A stretch of DNA of 62,751 nt from a virus. Taxonomy: Duplodnaviria; Caudoviricetes. The stretch spans positions 1 through 62,751 of IMG/VR virus record IMGVR_UViG_3300018469_000176; one strand, 5' to 3'. Below, piece by piece: positions 1 to 9,184 of this stretch (its first letter is position 1; each line of letters starts with the position of its first letter). The notes below the pieces were generated by a model that saw only the letters and a program-made list of their open reading frames with translations, was not told the origin of the DNA and ran no database searches. A program made the translations under genes and the position numbers.

Positions 1-204
1 CTCCCAGCTCAGCAGCTCCCGGGCCAGCACCTCACCGACCGGGCCCGGGTAGAGCCGGGCCGCGCGGTAGGCCGCGGTGCGGATCTTCCGCTTCTCCACG
101 GTGTCGAGGTAGGACGGGCTCGACTGGGTGTAGGGCCGGACCCCGTAGTCCGGGGTGATCCCGTCGGTGGCCGGCGACCGCCGCGGGGCCTCCGCGGAGG
201 TCAC
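1..204 (-). CDS. Hypothetical protein, truncated by window edge
   Basis: GTG overlaps the methyltransferase stop (GTGA); frame MTSAEAP...RAARLYPGPVGEVLARELLSWE is open to base 1; not in ORF track. Confidence 0.6.
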   Translation of the reverse strand, partial: MTSAEAPRRSPATDGITPDYGVRPYTQSSPSYLDTVEKRKIRTAAYRAARLYPGPVGEVLARELLSWE

Positions 205-767
205 GACACCGCCCAGATGCCGAAGGTATAGGGCCCCCAGGACGGCATCTCCAACCGGATGAACGCGTCGACGCTGCCGAACCCGGCCCCCCGGAGCAGC
301 TCCTCGACCCCTTCCCGGTCCCACGCCCAGTAGTGCTCGAAATTGCTGTCGTACCAGGCATCGAGCGGGGTGGACAGCAGCAGCCGGTCGGTCTTCTTCC
401 GGATCTGCGCGAGCACCGCGCCGGGATCGTCGAGGTGCTCGATGGTCTCCGAGCACACGAACAGATCCACCGGGTCGAGCAGCACGAGGGTGTCTTCGAT
501 CATGCCGTGGAACTGGTAGCCGAAGCCCTCGGCGTAGTCGCCGAGGACCGGGCTGTCGCAGAGCGCCTGCGCGATGGCGCCGTTGCCGCAGGACAGGTCG
601 GCGACCGTGACCGCGCCGCCCTCGCGGTGGGTGTAGCCCCGCCCGAGCGCGATGGTGGCCGCCACCCGGACGTGGTGGTCGCGCCACCGGGAGGCGTCGT
701 GCGGGACCGGGTAGATCGCGGCCAGGGTGGTCGGCTCGTGGGTCGGCCGCAGCCGCTGCCGGGTCAC
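201..767 (-). CDS. Class I SAM-dependent methyltransferase
   Basis: VADLSCGNG motif I and CSETIEHL; GTG at 767 overlaps the GT2 stop. Confidence 0.8.
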   Translation of the reverse strand: MTRQRLRPTHEPTTLAAIYPVPHDASRWRDHHVRVAATIALGRGYTHREGGAVTVADLSCGNGAIAQALCDSPVLGDYAEGFGYQFHGMIEDTLVLLDPVDLFVCSETIEHLDDPGAVLAQIRKKTDRLLLSTPLDAWYDSNFEHYWAWDREGVEELLRGAGFGSVDAFIRLEMPSWGPYTFGIWAVS

Positions 768-1468
768 AGCAGCGCCCTCAGCTTGTCGACGTCGGCGGCC
801 AGGCTGGGCCCGTCCTGCTCGGTGCCGTCGCGGTAGGCGTAGAACGCGGCGCTGTCCGCGGCCACCATCTCCGCGGAGTTGACCTCGACGTAGCCGGCGT
901 CCAGCTCGGCCTTGCCGGCGGCCGGGTGCACGTGCTCGATGACCACATCCGGCAGCCAGAACAGCCGCTCCAGGGCCTCGCCCCAGGCCTTCCACACCAG
1001 GTCGACGCACAGGTGGGTCATGGTGCCGGGCGCCATGTAACCGAGCGCTTGCACGATGTTGGAGGTCATCACCACGGCGGTCGGCATGGCCTCGCGCTGC
1101 AGCAGGTCGTCGCCGTAGGCGACACCGAGGCCGCCGGACAGGGCCTCGACCATGCGGTGGTCCCAGCCCGGGGTGCGCGGGCGGTGGTCGTCGCCGAGGA
1201 ACCCGACGTAGCGATAGTGCGGTGCCCAGGTGACCGCGCTGTGGTTCAGCGTGCGCACCATCCGGACCCGCGGCCCGGACATCCACCGGTCCCCGATGCC
1301 CTCCTGCTGGCGGCCGAGGTACTCCCACAGGTCCGGATCGTCGTCGTCGACGGCGAACAGCAGGTCAGTCAGATCCGGGTCGGTGTAGTGCACCCAGTTC
1401 GCCCAGAGCGCCGGCAGCACCGCCGCCCGGCCCCGCGTCGGGATGATGACCAGCAGTTCTGCCGTCAT
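764..1468 (-). CDS. GT-A (family 2-like) glycosyltransferase
   Basis: LVIIPTRGR N-terminus, AVDDDD, GFLGDD (DxD-like), IEHVHP. Confidence 0.8.
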   Translation of the reverse strand: MTAELLVIIPTRGRAAVLPALWANWVHYTDPDLTDLLFAVDDDDPDLWEYLGRQQEGIGDRWMSGPRVRMVRTLNHSAVTWAPHYRYVGFLGDDHRPRTPGWDHRMVEALSGGLGVAYGDDLLQREAMPTAVVMTSNIVQALGYMAPGTMTHLCVDLVWKAWGEALERLFWLPDVVIEHVHPAAGKAELDAGYVEVNSAEMVAADSAAFYAYRDGTEQDGPSLAADVDKLRALL

Positions 1469-1501
1469 AGTGGCATCCAAGAGTGTAGTGTCATCCACAT
1501 G
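1467..1501. promoter_or_regulatory. Divergent promoters with two degenerate 17-bp operator copies
   Basis: + strand TAGTGT (1486-1491) 7 nt before ATG 1499; - strand TACACT (1482-1487); two 13/17 matches to GTAGTGGCATCCACTAC. Confidence 0.55.
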
Positions 1502-1717
1502 CCCAGACCTGGCCCAGTTCGGCAGAAACTCCAGTGTCGAGACGATGACTGGATGATCGAGTGGCTGCAGAAGACCGCGGACGTGGAGTTCCCCACCGCC
1601 CAGGGACCGGGCAACGTGGCCGCGCTGATGCGCGCCATGCTCCGGGAGTCCATCGCGCTCCGGGAGAAACGCGCCATCCGCCGGGGCCATGACCGCGCGC
1701 CCTTGGAACCCCGCTAG
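1499..1717 (+). CDS. Putative ribbon-helix-helix DNA-binding protein
   Basis: 72 aa; strand KLQCR, helix DDWMIEWLQKTA, helix NVAALMRAMLRESI; leaderless geometry. Confidence 0.55.
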   Translation: MPRPGPVRQKLQCRDDDWMIEWLQKTADVEFPTAQGPGNVAALMRAMLRESIALREKRAIRRGHDRAPLEPR

Positions 1718-1893
1718 CTCGGGAACGCCGCAATGATCGCGGTGATGATCCAGAACGCCAGCCCGAGCGCCATGAAGTTGGTCCGACCCCACGCCGGGCC
1801 GGGGCCCTCCGCCGGGTGATGGGCGTGGCCAACGATGGCCGCGATCAGGAAGCACACGAGCCCCGCGATGAGCAGTATCAGGGTGATGACCAT
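1714..1893 (-). CDS. Small two-TM membrane protein
   Basis: Two hydrophobic segments; AAGGA RBS. Confidence 0.7.
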   Translation of the reverse strand: MVITLILLIAGLVCFLIAAIVGHAHHPAEGPGPAWGRTNFMALGLAFWIITAIIAAFPS

Positions 1894-1978
1894 GGCGAAT
1901 AGACCGCCGTTCCTTGTGGAGGAGCGGCGAGGATTGCGGGGAGCGTCTCGCCGTGAGGGCACAGGTGTGCCGGGCACC

Positions 1979-2007
1979 ATCGTGGAGGGTCAAACGGCGC
2001 ACGTCAA
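1979..2007 (-). promoter_or_regulatory. Sigma70-type promoter
   Basis: TTGACG-17 nt-CACGAT on minus strand upstream of the membrane protein. Confidence 0.45.
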
Positions 2008-2366
2008 CCTGACCGCGCTTGGCGTAGTGCGCGCTGGGTGTCGTAGACGTCGCCGAGCCGCACCCGGAGCCGGCCGTCGACGCCGCGGTGCCCGGTCAGC
2101 TTCCCTGTAGAGATCCACTTGTAGACGGCCGCCGGCGAGCGGCCCACGTGGTCGGCGGCGGTGTCGACCGTGACCCGTTCCTCCAGGTCGAGCACCACGC
2201 GGCGGGGGACCACCCAGTGCTGGCCGAGGCGGAGCATGCGCTGGTCGAGGCCGTCGCAGGCCACCGGGTCGGCGACCAGCAGCCCCTCCCGGTAGGAGCC
2301 GGCCACCCGCCGGGCCCGGTCGGTGGCGGTGTCCCCGGGCCACGGCCAGGGGTCGGCAATGATCAC
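2004..2366 (-). CDS. HTH DNA-binding protein (excisionase/MerR-like C-terminus)
   Basis: TVDTAADHVGRSPAAVYKWISTGKL. Confidence 0.7.
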   Translation of the reverse strand: MIIADPWPWPGDTATDRARRVAGSYREGLLVADPVACDGLDQRMLRLGQHWVVPRRVVLDLEERVTVDTAADHVGRSPAAVYKWISTGKLTGHRGVDGRLRVRLGDVYDTQRALRQARSG

Positions 2367-2369
2367 CCG

Positions 2370-3344
2370 TCACCTGTTCCACGAGTAGACACGCTCGGCC
2401 CCCAGGAGCGGGGCGTCCGCGGGGCCCTTCACGTACGGCGCGATCCACACCGGCCGATGATCCTTGATCGAGGGGTACCACTGCTGCCGCCAGTGCCCGC
2501 GGTTGATCCACCGATGATGATATTCCCGCGATGTCCCCGTAACGGGCCTCGACTCCGGATCGGGATTCCGTAGCGAGATCACTCGCACGGTCCGCGCGTC
2601 GGCGGTGTCCGCCACGCCCGCGCGATCGAGCCGGCGCCGGGCCGCCCGATCGGGGTGCTCCGTGCGCTCGACCACCAGCCGCTGACGCATCAGATTCCAG
2701 GTCGCAACCAACCGCACCGACACCACGCCCGGAAACCAACGCCACATCTCCGGGTCGTCCAGATCAACCTGCTCCGGATCGGGAAAGTAACAATCCTCTG
2801 GTGGCGCTACCTGCCAAGGCATAAACACCGTCCCGAAGGGTACGAACGCAGGTACAGTGCCGTCCTCGCAATAAATCGGGTCCGCCATCGACTGTGTAGT
2901 CTGATAACGCTGATACGACGCGCCATCCATAAAGGGAAACACTATCGCACCAATTGGACCCTTGTCCTTCACCACCATCGTGCTCCACAAGACGAGCCAC
3001 TGAACACCGTGTAACGGTCTGCCGTACACGACCAGCCCATAGAGCGCAGGCATATCAGCGAGGGAAAAACCCGTAGGAGGCATCGACGGCGCAGCGGCAT
3101 CTATTAACTCCGCGAACCCACCACCTATGTAGTTAAGGTTACCATCTTCAAGCGCCTGCCCCGCGCAGCGGATAACTGATTCCACAGCCACATTCATCCT
3201 CGCATCCGTATATGGCTGCTCCTCCATGGAATACCAGTCCTGCATCGTCCACTTGGCAAAAATACAAAGCATAGTGCCAACCCGTACATCGTCTAGCAAA
3301 CGCTGACGCAGCTCAGGAAGATCCCGCGGACCTACAGAAATCAC
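2370..3344 (-). CDS. Hypothetical protein with C-terminal RGHWR motif
   Basis: HRWINRGHWRQQWYP...WIAPYVKG; 5' part visibly lower GC. Confidence 0.7.
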   Translation of the reverse strand: MISVGPRDLPELRQRLLDDVRVGTMLCIFAKWTMQDWYSMEEQPYTDARMNVAVESVIRCAGQALEDGNLNYIGGGFAELIDAAAPSMPPTGFSLADMPALYGLVVYGRPLHGVQWLVLWSTMVVKDKGPIGAIVFPFMDGASYQRYQTTQSMADPIYCEDGTVPAFVPFGTVFMPWQVAPPEDCYFPDPEQVDLDDPEMWRWFPGVVSVRLVATWNLMRQRLVVERTEHPDRAARRRLDRAGVADTADARTVRVISLRNPDPESRPVTGTSREYHHRWINRGHWRQQWYPSIKDHRPVWIAPYVKGPADAPLLGAERVYSWNR

Positions 3345-3357
3345 GAAACCACCCCAT

Positions 3358-4119
3358 TCACGCCGCGTAGCTCCTGGCGATGATCAGGCACATCTCGTGG
3401 TACTGCTCGTGGGTCCAGCGAGTGCCGCAGCGGGCGCACTCCACGGTCAGCGTGCCGTTAGCTTGGGTCAACGTCTGCGTCTGGCATCTCGGGCAGGGCG
3501 CCGGCTTGCGGGTGACCAGCTCGGTGCGGGCGGCGAGGATCCGGACCAGCTCGTGCAGCCGCAGCAGCGCCAGCGCACCGCCGAGCCCGTCCACGGACTG
3601 GGTCAGCCAGTACCCGGCGGGGTCGATCACCGGGGACCCGTCGGCGGCCCACACCGGCTGCTCATAGAAACCGGCTGAGAGCCACGTAGCCCAGTTTCGC
3701 GTCAGAACCCCCACCCCACGGCTGATGCGCGCTCCTGGGCGGCTCTGGGCGGCTGCACGGCGGTCCCAGGGCCCGATGGCCCCCGCCCAGAACTCGACCT
3801 CGTCGTCAAGGGCGACCATGAGCGCCTCCACGGCCACCCGGATCGGGATCGGCCGCTCCCGCGTCCCCGAGAGCCGCTCGCCCATCCCGTTGCCGGGCGT
3901 GGTGCCGAGGATGGTGTGCAGCTCGGCGTAGTCCATCGGGAGCTCGCGCACGGCTTGCCGGACCGTGGTCTCGCAGCAGCGGCAGAGTCCGTCCTCGGTC
4001 TCCAGCAGTGCCCCGACCCGGGCGGTGGCGTCGGTGCCGGGGATCGGGAGCCGCTCGTGGTCGGGGCAGCGGCCGGCGCGGCGGCAGCGTCGGGACAGGT
4101 CGATAGCGGCGTCGATCAT
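3358..4119 (-). CDS. Zn-finger phage protein
   Basis: N-terminal Cys cluster, C-terminal CPRC...CARC; AAGGAG RBS. Confidence 0.7.
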   Translation of the reverse strand: MIDAAIDLSRRCRRAGRCPDHERLPIPGTDATARVGALLETEDGLCRCCETTVRQAVRELPMDYAELHTILGTTPGNGMGERLSGTRERPIPIRVAVEALMVALDDEVEFWAGAIGPWDRRAAAQSRPGARISRGVGVLTRNWATWLSAGFYEQPVWAADGSPVIDPAGYWLTQSVDGLGGALALLRLHELVRILAARTELVTRKPAPCPRCQTQTLTQANGTLTVECARCGTRWTHEQYHEMCLIIARSYAA

Positions 4120-4130
4120 CAGGCTCCTTC

Positions 4131-4382
4131 TCAGAGGCTTCCGGGGCACTCGGCCACGATCTCGTAGACGTCCACGGTGATGAGCCGGTTGCTCGCGGGG
4201 TCGCGCCACTGGCGGGGCCCCACGAGGATCGGCTCCCACAGCACGGTGAGCAGGTTCTCGGCGGCCATCTCGGCAGCCTGCTGGCGGACCGACTCCAGCA
4301 TGTCCTCCTCGGTCGCCGTGCAGCCCGCGACGTGGCGGACCAGCACCTTCATCACCACCACGTGCGGCTCGTGCGCGCTCAC
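4131..4382 (-). CDS. Hypothetical protein
   Basis: GTG overlaps polymerase stop; 83 aa. Confidence 0.6.
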   Translation of the reverse strand: MSAHEPHVVVMKVLVRHVAGCTATEEDMLESVRQQAAEMAAENLLTVLWEPILVGPRQWRDPASNRLITVDVYEIVAECPGSL

Positions 4383-7300
4383 GCCGCGTCCGCCCAGGCG
4401 AAGGACGGCCCGGACTCCGCCGGCGCGGCCACGATCGGCACCCCGCGCAGCTCGCCGGCCATGCACTCGACCAGCGTCACCACGGCCTGCTCGGCCTCGG
4501 CCTCGGGGACGGCGACCACCAGCTCGTCGTGCACGGGCAGCAGTGTGCAGTGCCCCCACGGGGTATCGCGCCAACGCACCAGCGCATCCACCAGAAGTTC
4601 GCGCGCCGTGCCCTGGATGCAGTAGTTGGGCCCCTTGTGCGGGTACCGGCGGGGGAGGTGGATGATCCGCCCGGCGGTGGTCTCGAACTGGGTGTGCCCG
4701 GCCTTGATTCCCGCCCGGACCGTGGCGGACCAGGCGCTGAGCGTGGGCAGCATCGCGTCGAGCGAGTCCACCATGGACGCCGCGATGGCCTGCGAAGTAC
4801 CCATCTGCGCGGCCAGGGTGGGCACCGCACCGCCGTAGATCCGGCCGAAGACCCCGCGCTTGACCATGTACCGATCGTCCTTGGTCGCCTCGGGGCCGAA
4901 GACCTGCCGGGCGACCTCCCAGTGCAGGTCGCGCCCGTCGGCGATGAACTGGCGCAGCACCGCGTCCCCGGACAGCGCGGCGGCCACCCGCAGCTCCACC
5001 CCGGAGAAGTCCGCGGAGATCAGCAACTGGCCGGGGTCCGCGGTGATGCAGGCCCGGATCCCGCCCACCCGGGACAGCTGCTGCAGGTTCGGTCGAACGC
5101 AGGACATTCTTCCGGTGTCCGTCCCCAGGGTGTAGATCGTCGGCCGGGCCCGGCCGTCCCCACGGCACAGCTCGGCGTAGGGCCGCAGGAACAACGAGAG
5201 CGCGGTCTCGTGGTGACGGTGCTCCAGCACCGCGCGGGCGAACGCGCCCAGCTCGCCCTCGGCCTTGGCCAGCGGCTCCAGCGCGCCCTTGGCCACCGAG
5301 GGGCGGCCGGTCTTGGTCACCGGCAGCCGGGCGTCCAGGCGCAGCGCAACCTGCCCCACCTGCGCGTCGGAACCGGGGTTGTCCACGCCGAACGCACAGA
5401 CCGCCGCGGTGGCCTGGGCCAGCGCGGCGGTGTGCGTGGCGGTGAGCTCGGCGACGTGCGCGGCGTCCAGGGCCACCCCCACGTCGGTGACCCGGGCGGT
5501 CATCCGCTGGGCCAGCCGCTCGCGGGCCAGCACCGCCGGGGTGGGCTCGGGCAGCACCCGGGCCAACGCCGCGGTGTCAAGCACGTCGGCGGCGGCGTAG
5601 CGGGCCATCGTGGCGCACCGGGAGTCGACCTGCGCCCAGCCGGAGCGCTCGATCGGGGTGGTCACCTCGGTCTCCTTGAGCCAGCCGCCGACCTTGAACA
5701 GCGCGGTGCGCGCGGCGTCGGTGGTCGGGGTGACCGCGGTGTCGCCGAGCACCGCCGGCGCGAACTCCTTGAGCCCGGTCGAGTCGTTGCCGGTGGACGC
5801 GGGGTCGGCCAGCTTGGCCGCGATCACCGTGTCGACCATCCGGTCCCAGCCGGCCTCGATGTCGAGCAGCCCGGCGTGCGCGAGCGGCACGAGGTCCGCG
5901 GTGGCCGAGAAGGCGTGCAGCCTGCCGGCCTCGGCGAGCAGCTCCCGGATCGCCTCGGCGTGGTCGATCGGGTGGAAGACCGCGGCGGCCACCTCGTCGC
6001 CGAGCTGCACGGTCCGCAGCCCGTAGTGCACGTGCCCGATCGGGTAGCCGGTGGTCTCGACGTCCACGGTGATCCCGCCGGTGGTGCGCCCCGCGGCCGA
6101 GCGGACCACCGCGGCGGCCTGCTCGACGCTGGTCGGGATCACGTGCAATTCGGCATCCACTACCACCGGGAGGGTCAGGATCTCGCCGGCCGCCGCCGCG
6201 ATGGCGTCGAGCCGGGCCTGTGCCTTGGCTGCCGCGTCGGCGACCCGCTTGGCCTCCTTGAGGATCACCCGGGCCTCGGCCTTGGTGATGCCCCGTTCGT
6301 CGGCCATCCGAGCCACCGCGGTGTTGGTGACTTTCCGTGACGGCGCCGGCCCCTCGGGGAGATCAACAGGCGGTTCTGGCGGGTCGAGCGGGCTGGCGGG
6401 ACGATTTTCCGGTCCCGCCAAGTCGGATCGTTGCAGGTCAGACCCGGTTTTGGAGGGTGTTTTCGGCGGGCTGGCGGCTTGTTCCCTAGGGGTTGCTGGG
6501 GATTCTGGGAGTACTAGGCTATTTGGGGGGTGTGTGTTTTTTTCTCCTGTTTTCCTAGTAAAACTAGCCAACCCGCCAACAGTACCGTCGAAAACGTAGG
6601 GGGAGCTGCGGTGATCTTTTTTGGCGGCTTCGGGATCCGACCCGCCAGAACCCGCCTCAGACCCGCCAGATTCCTTGATCGTCCCGGTGACCCCCTCGGC
6701 TCCACGGACCACGTGGCGGGTTGGCAGCGGCTCCCAGGGCGCGATGCCCGCCGGTCCGCTCAGCACGGACAGTGGGCGGTGCCACTTGCCGTTGATCTTC
6801 TCCGAGGGGTAACCCATGTCGGTGAGGGTCCGACCGAACGCGGTGATGGTGGCGACCGACATCCTCCGGTACACCGGGCTGCGCTGGTGCCACTCGGCGA
6901 AGTGGTTGTAGAGGGTGCGACCGGGCGTGCCCGGATCGGCGGGCACCGTGCAGTCCTCCACCCACTCGCGCACCGGGTCCTGGGCGTGCGCGACCTCCTC
7001 GGCCATCCCCCGGATGGTGATCGGGGCAGCCGAGAGGGTGGCGGTGGTCTGGTCGGCCAGCCATGCGGCGGCCTCGCGCATCATCGCGGCCAGGATCCCG
7101 GGCGCCTCCGCGGCCAGGGTGGCACGGTCCAGGCGCGCCCACAGCGGCGCGACCGTGGCCTCGGGCGCGTTGCAGGGGATCAGCCGGATCCGGGCGCGCA
7201 GCGCGGGGTCGGTCAGGGTCGGCTCGGTGTTGGTGGTCATCACCAGGGTGTGGGTGGGGGCGAAGGTGACCGGGTTGCCGTTCATCGGGCGCGCGGTCAT

Positions 7301-9184
7301 GGACCCGCCGCCGGTGAGCTGCTTGAGCCGTTCGGTGGCGTCGTGCCCGCGCTTGGGTCCCTCGTCGATGAAGCTCAGCCGGCGGCCCTTGAGGTCGTAG
7401 ATGATCGCGTCGTGGTCCCGGTTGTCGCCGAGCAGCTTGGCGTTCGCGGCGTGCCCGTAGGAGCCGACGGTCTGCAACAGGAACTCGATCAGTGAGGTCT
7501 TCCCGGAGCGCTCCCGGCCGTAGAGCATGGGCACCACCGCGGTCGGGTAGCCGGTCAGCGCCACCGACAGCACGCGCAGCGCCCAGGCCCGGATCTCGGG
7601 GTCGGGCAGCACGCCGGCGAGGAACGCGTCCCAGGCCGGGGTCGGCACGTCGGGGTTGGGCGCGCACCGCGCGGTGTGCAGGTGCGGGGTGTTCGGGTCG
7701 ATCCAGTACGCCGGGGTGGGCACCTCGCCGCTCTCCCGCAGGTTCCACGGCACGCGCCCAGCCCAGAGCACCTCGGGGTTGGTGTCGAGCTCGGCCACCT
7801 TGAGCGTGGCCGCGTTGTCCGACATCAGGATGTCGCGCAGCTTGCGGGTGACCTTCCCGGCGCCGGCCGAGGACAGGAACATCGCCCGGCGCACGGCCTG
7901 CCAGTGCCCTTCGGTACGCTCGCCGGCCGCCGCCGGGATCGGGGTGGAGCCCAGCGGCATCAGCTCGGCCAGCGCGGCCACGATCCAGCCGGAGAGATCC
8001 TTCGGGTCGGCCACCCACGCGTCGGGCTCGCGTTTGATCCACAACCCGGCGTCCTGGGCGAAGCGCAGCACCGGGAACATGCGCCCGGCCACCTCCTTGG
8101 CCAACCCCTGGTCGCTGCCGTCTCGGCTGGGGTCGAAGGGGTAGTCCGGGCTCAGCGCGGTCCACACGTTCCACGGCGGGTCCGGGGGCGCGTCGGCGGG
8201 CTCCTCCTCGCCCTCCTGGGCCACCGCCTGGGCCGCCGCGGAGAACTGGGCCTCGTCCTCGCGGGTGTAGACGTAGAACGGTCGCTGCGAGCCGTCATCG
8301 AGGCCCTGGCGGATCCAGAGCAGGTCGTCGGTGTCCGGCGTACCCCAGACCCCGCTCACGGCCGCACAGAGCCGTCCCTCGGCCTCGTCGCGGTCCAGGA
8401 AGCCGCCGCCGACGTAACCGCCCAGGGTCATCGACGCGCGCAGCAGCGCGTTGCGGAACCCGAGCCCGCCGACCGGGTTGTAGGTCGCGACCTCGGCGAG
8501 CTTCTCGTCCATCGCACGGTGCGCGGCCTCGGCCGACTGCGGCTCTCGGGAGAGCACGAACGTCCGCCACCAGTCCGGGCCGCCGACCAGCGCCCCGACC
8601 GCGGTGCCGGCCCGGAGCTCCCGGACGTGCGCGGCCAGCGTGAGCCCGCTGGTGTCGCCGCCGGCGCGCAGCGCGTCGAGGTCCGGCGGGGTGATCCAGC
8701 GGTAGGCCGTCGGCTCGCCGGTGACCTTGGACGGGCGCACCGTGGGGGCGATGTAGGCGAACCCGTGGGAGGTGCCGTCGGGCAGCCCGCCCTTGAGGTC
8801 GATGCCCGGGTAGACGTTGTCTCGCGAGCCGGCCTGCAAGCTGGCGATGAACGAGTGCACCCCACCGGACGGGGTCGTCGCGGTGCCGTAGGACAGCGGC
8901 GGAGCCTCACCCAGCGCGGCGACGTCGGCGCCGTTGCGGAAGTCGAAGTCCACCAGGTCCAGGCCGTGGCCCATGACCGCGCACAGCGCCATCCCGGGCT
9001 CCCAACGGTCCACGATGGACGGATCGGCGGGGATCTGTTCCCAGCGGTTCGGCCGCAGGAACCCGGTCTTGGACGCGGGGTCGGGGTCCGGGAAGGCGAT
9101 GAAGATCGGGACGCCGGCGCGGGCCAGCTCGCGGGCGATGTCGAGGGCCTGGAGCTGGGCGGCATCGAGCTCGGTAGTGGTCAT
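4379..9184 (-). CDS. Fused Prim-pol / SF3 (D5/P4-like) helicase / 3'-5' exonuclease / family A DNA polymerase
   Basis: Prim-pol LVDFD and TPSGGVH; Walker A GRERSGKT, Walker B FIDE, motif C MTTN; Exo VDVETTG and YAAAD; PolA ADFSGVELR, RYMVKRGVFGRIYG, VHDEL. Confidence 0.9.
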   Translation of the reverse strand: MTTTELDAAQLQALDIARELARAGVPIFIAFPDPDPASKTGFLRPNRWEQIPADPSIVDRWEPGMALCAVMGHGLDLVDFDFRNGADVAALGEAPPLSYGTATTPSGGVHSFIASLQAGSRDNVYPGIDLKGGLPDGTSHGFAYIAPTVRPSKVTGEPTAYRWITPPDLDALRAGGDTSGLTLAAHVRELRAGTAVGALVGGPDWWRTFVLSREPQSAEAAHRAMDEKLAEVATYNPVGGLGFRNALLRASMTLGGYVGGGFLDRDEAEGRLCAAVSGVWGTPDTDDLLWIRQGLDDGSQRPFYVYTREDEAQFSAAAQAVAQEGEEEPADAPPDPPWNVWTALSPDYPFDPSRDGSDQGLAKEVAGRMFPVLRFAQDAGLWIKREPDAWVADPKDLSGWIVAALAELMPLGSTPIPAAAGERTEGHWQAVRRAMFLSSAGAGKVTRKLRDILMSDNAATLKVAELDTNPEVLWAGRVPWNLRESGEVPTPAYWIDPNTPHLHTARCAPNPDVPTPAWDAFLAGVLPDPEIRAWALRVLSVALTGYPTAVVPMLYGRERSGKTSLIEFLLQTVGSYGHAANAKLLGDNRDHDAIIYDLKGRRLSFIDEGPKRGHDATERLKQLTGGGSMTARPMNGNPVTFAPTHTLVMTTNTEPTLTDPALRARIRLIPCNAPEATVAPLWARLDRATLAAEAPGILAAMMREAAAWLADQTTATLSAAPITIRGMAEEVAHAQDPVREWVEDCTVPADPGTPGRTLYNHFAEWHQRSPVYRRMSVATITAFGRTLTDMGYPSEKINGKWHRPLSVLSGPAGIAPWEPLPTRHVVRGAEGVTGTIKESGGSEAGSGGSDPEAAKKDHRSSPYVFDGTVGGLASFTRKTGEKNTHPPNSLVLPESPATPREQAASPPKTPSKTGSDLQRSDLAGPENRPASPLDPPEPPVDLPEGPAPSRKVTNTAVARMADERGITKAEARVILKEAKRVADAAAKAQARLDAIAAAAGEILTLPVVVDAELHVIPTSVEQAAAVVRSAAGRTTGGITVDVETTGYPIGHVHYGLRTVQLGDEVAAAVFHPIDHAEAIRELLAEAGRLHAFSATADLVPLAHAGLLDIEAGWDRMVDTVIAAKLADPASTGNDSTGLKEFAPAVLGDTAVTPTTDAARTALFKVGGWLKETEVTTPIERSGWAQVDSRCATMARYAAADVLDTAALARVLPEPTPAVLARERLAQRMTARVTDVGVALDAAHVAELTATHTAALAQATAAVCAFGVDNPGSDAQVGQVALRLDARLPVTKTGRPSVAKGALEPLAKAEGELGAFARAVLEHRHHETALSLFLRPYAELCRGDGRARPTIYTLGTDTGRMSCVRPNLQQLSRVGGIRACITADPGQLLISADFSGVELRVAAALSGDAVLRQFIADGRDLHWEVARQVFGPEATKDDRYMVKRGVFGRIYGGAVPTLAAQMGTSQAIAASMVDSLDAMLPTLSAWSATVRAGIKAGHTQFETTAGRIIHLPRRYPHKGPNYCIQGTARELLVDALVRWRDTPWGHCTLLPVHDELVVAVPEAEAEQAVVTLVECMAGELRGVPIVAAPAESGPSFAWADAA
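6368..6670. other. Putative replication origin inside the replicase linker
   Basis: AT-rich core about 6520-6625 with CTAGT-AAA-ACTAG; repeated CCCGCC(A) units in both orientations; about 19-bp inverted repeat at 6368-6386 / 6638-6657. Confidence 0.55.

Noticed and set aside
6300-6750. Intein or intron in the replicase
   Set aside because: No intein splice motifs or homing endonuclease; reads as a low-complexity linker
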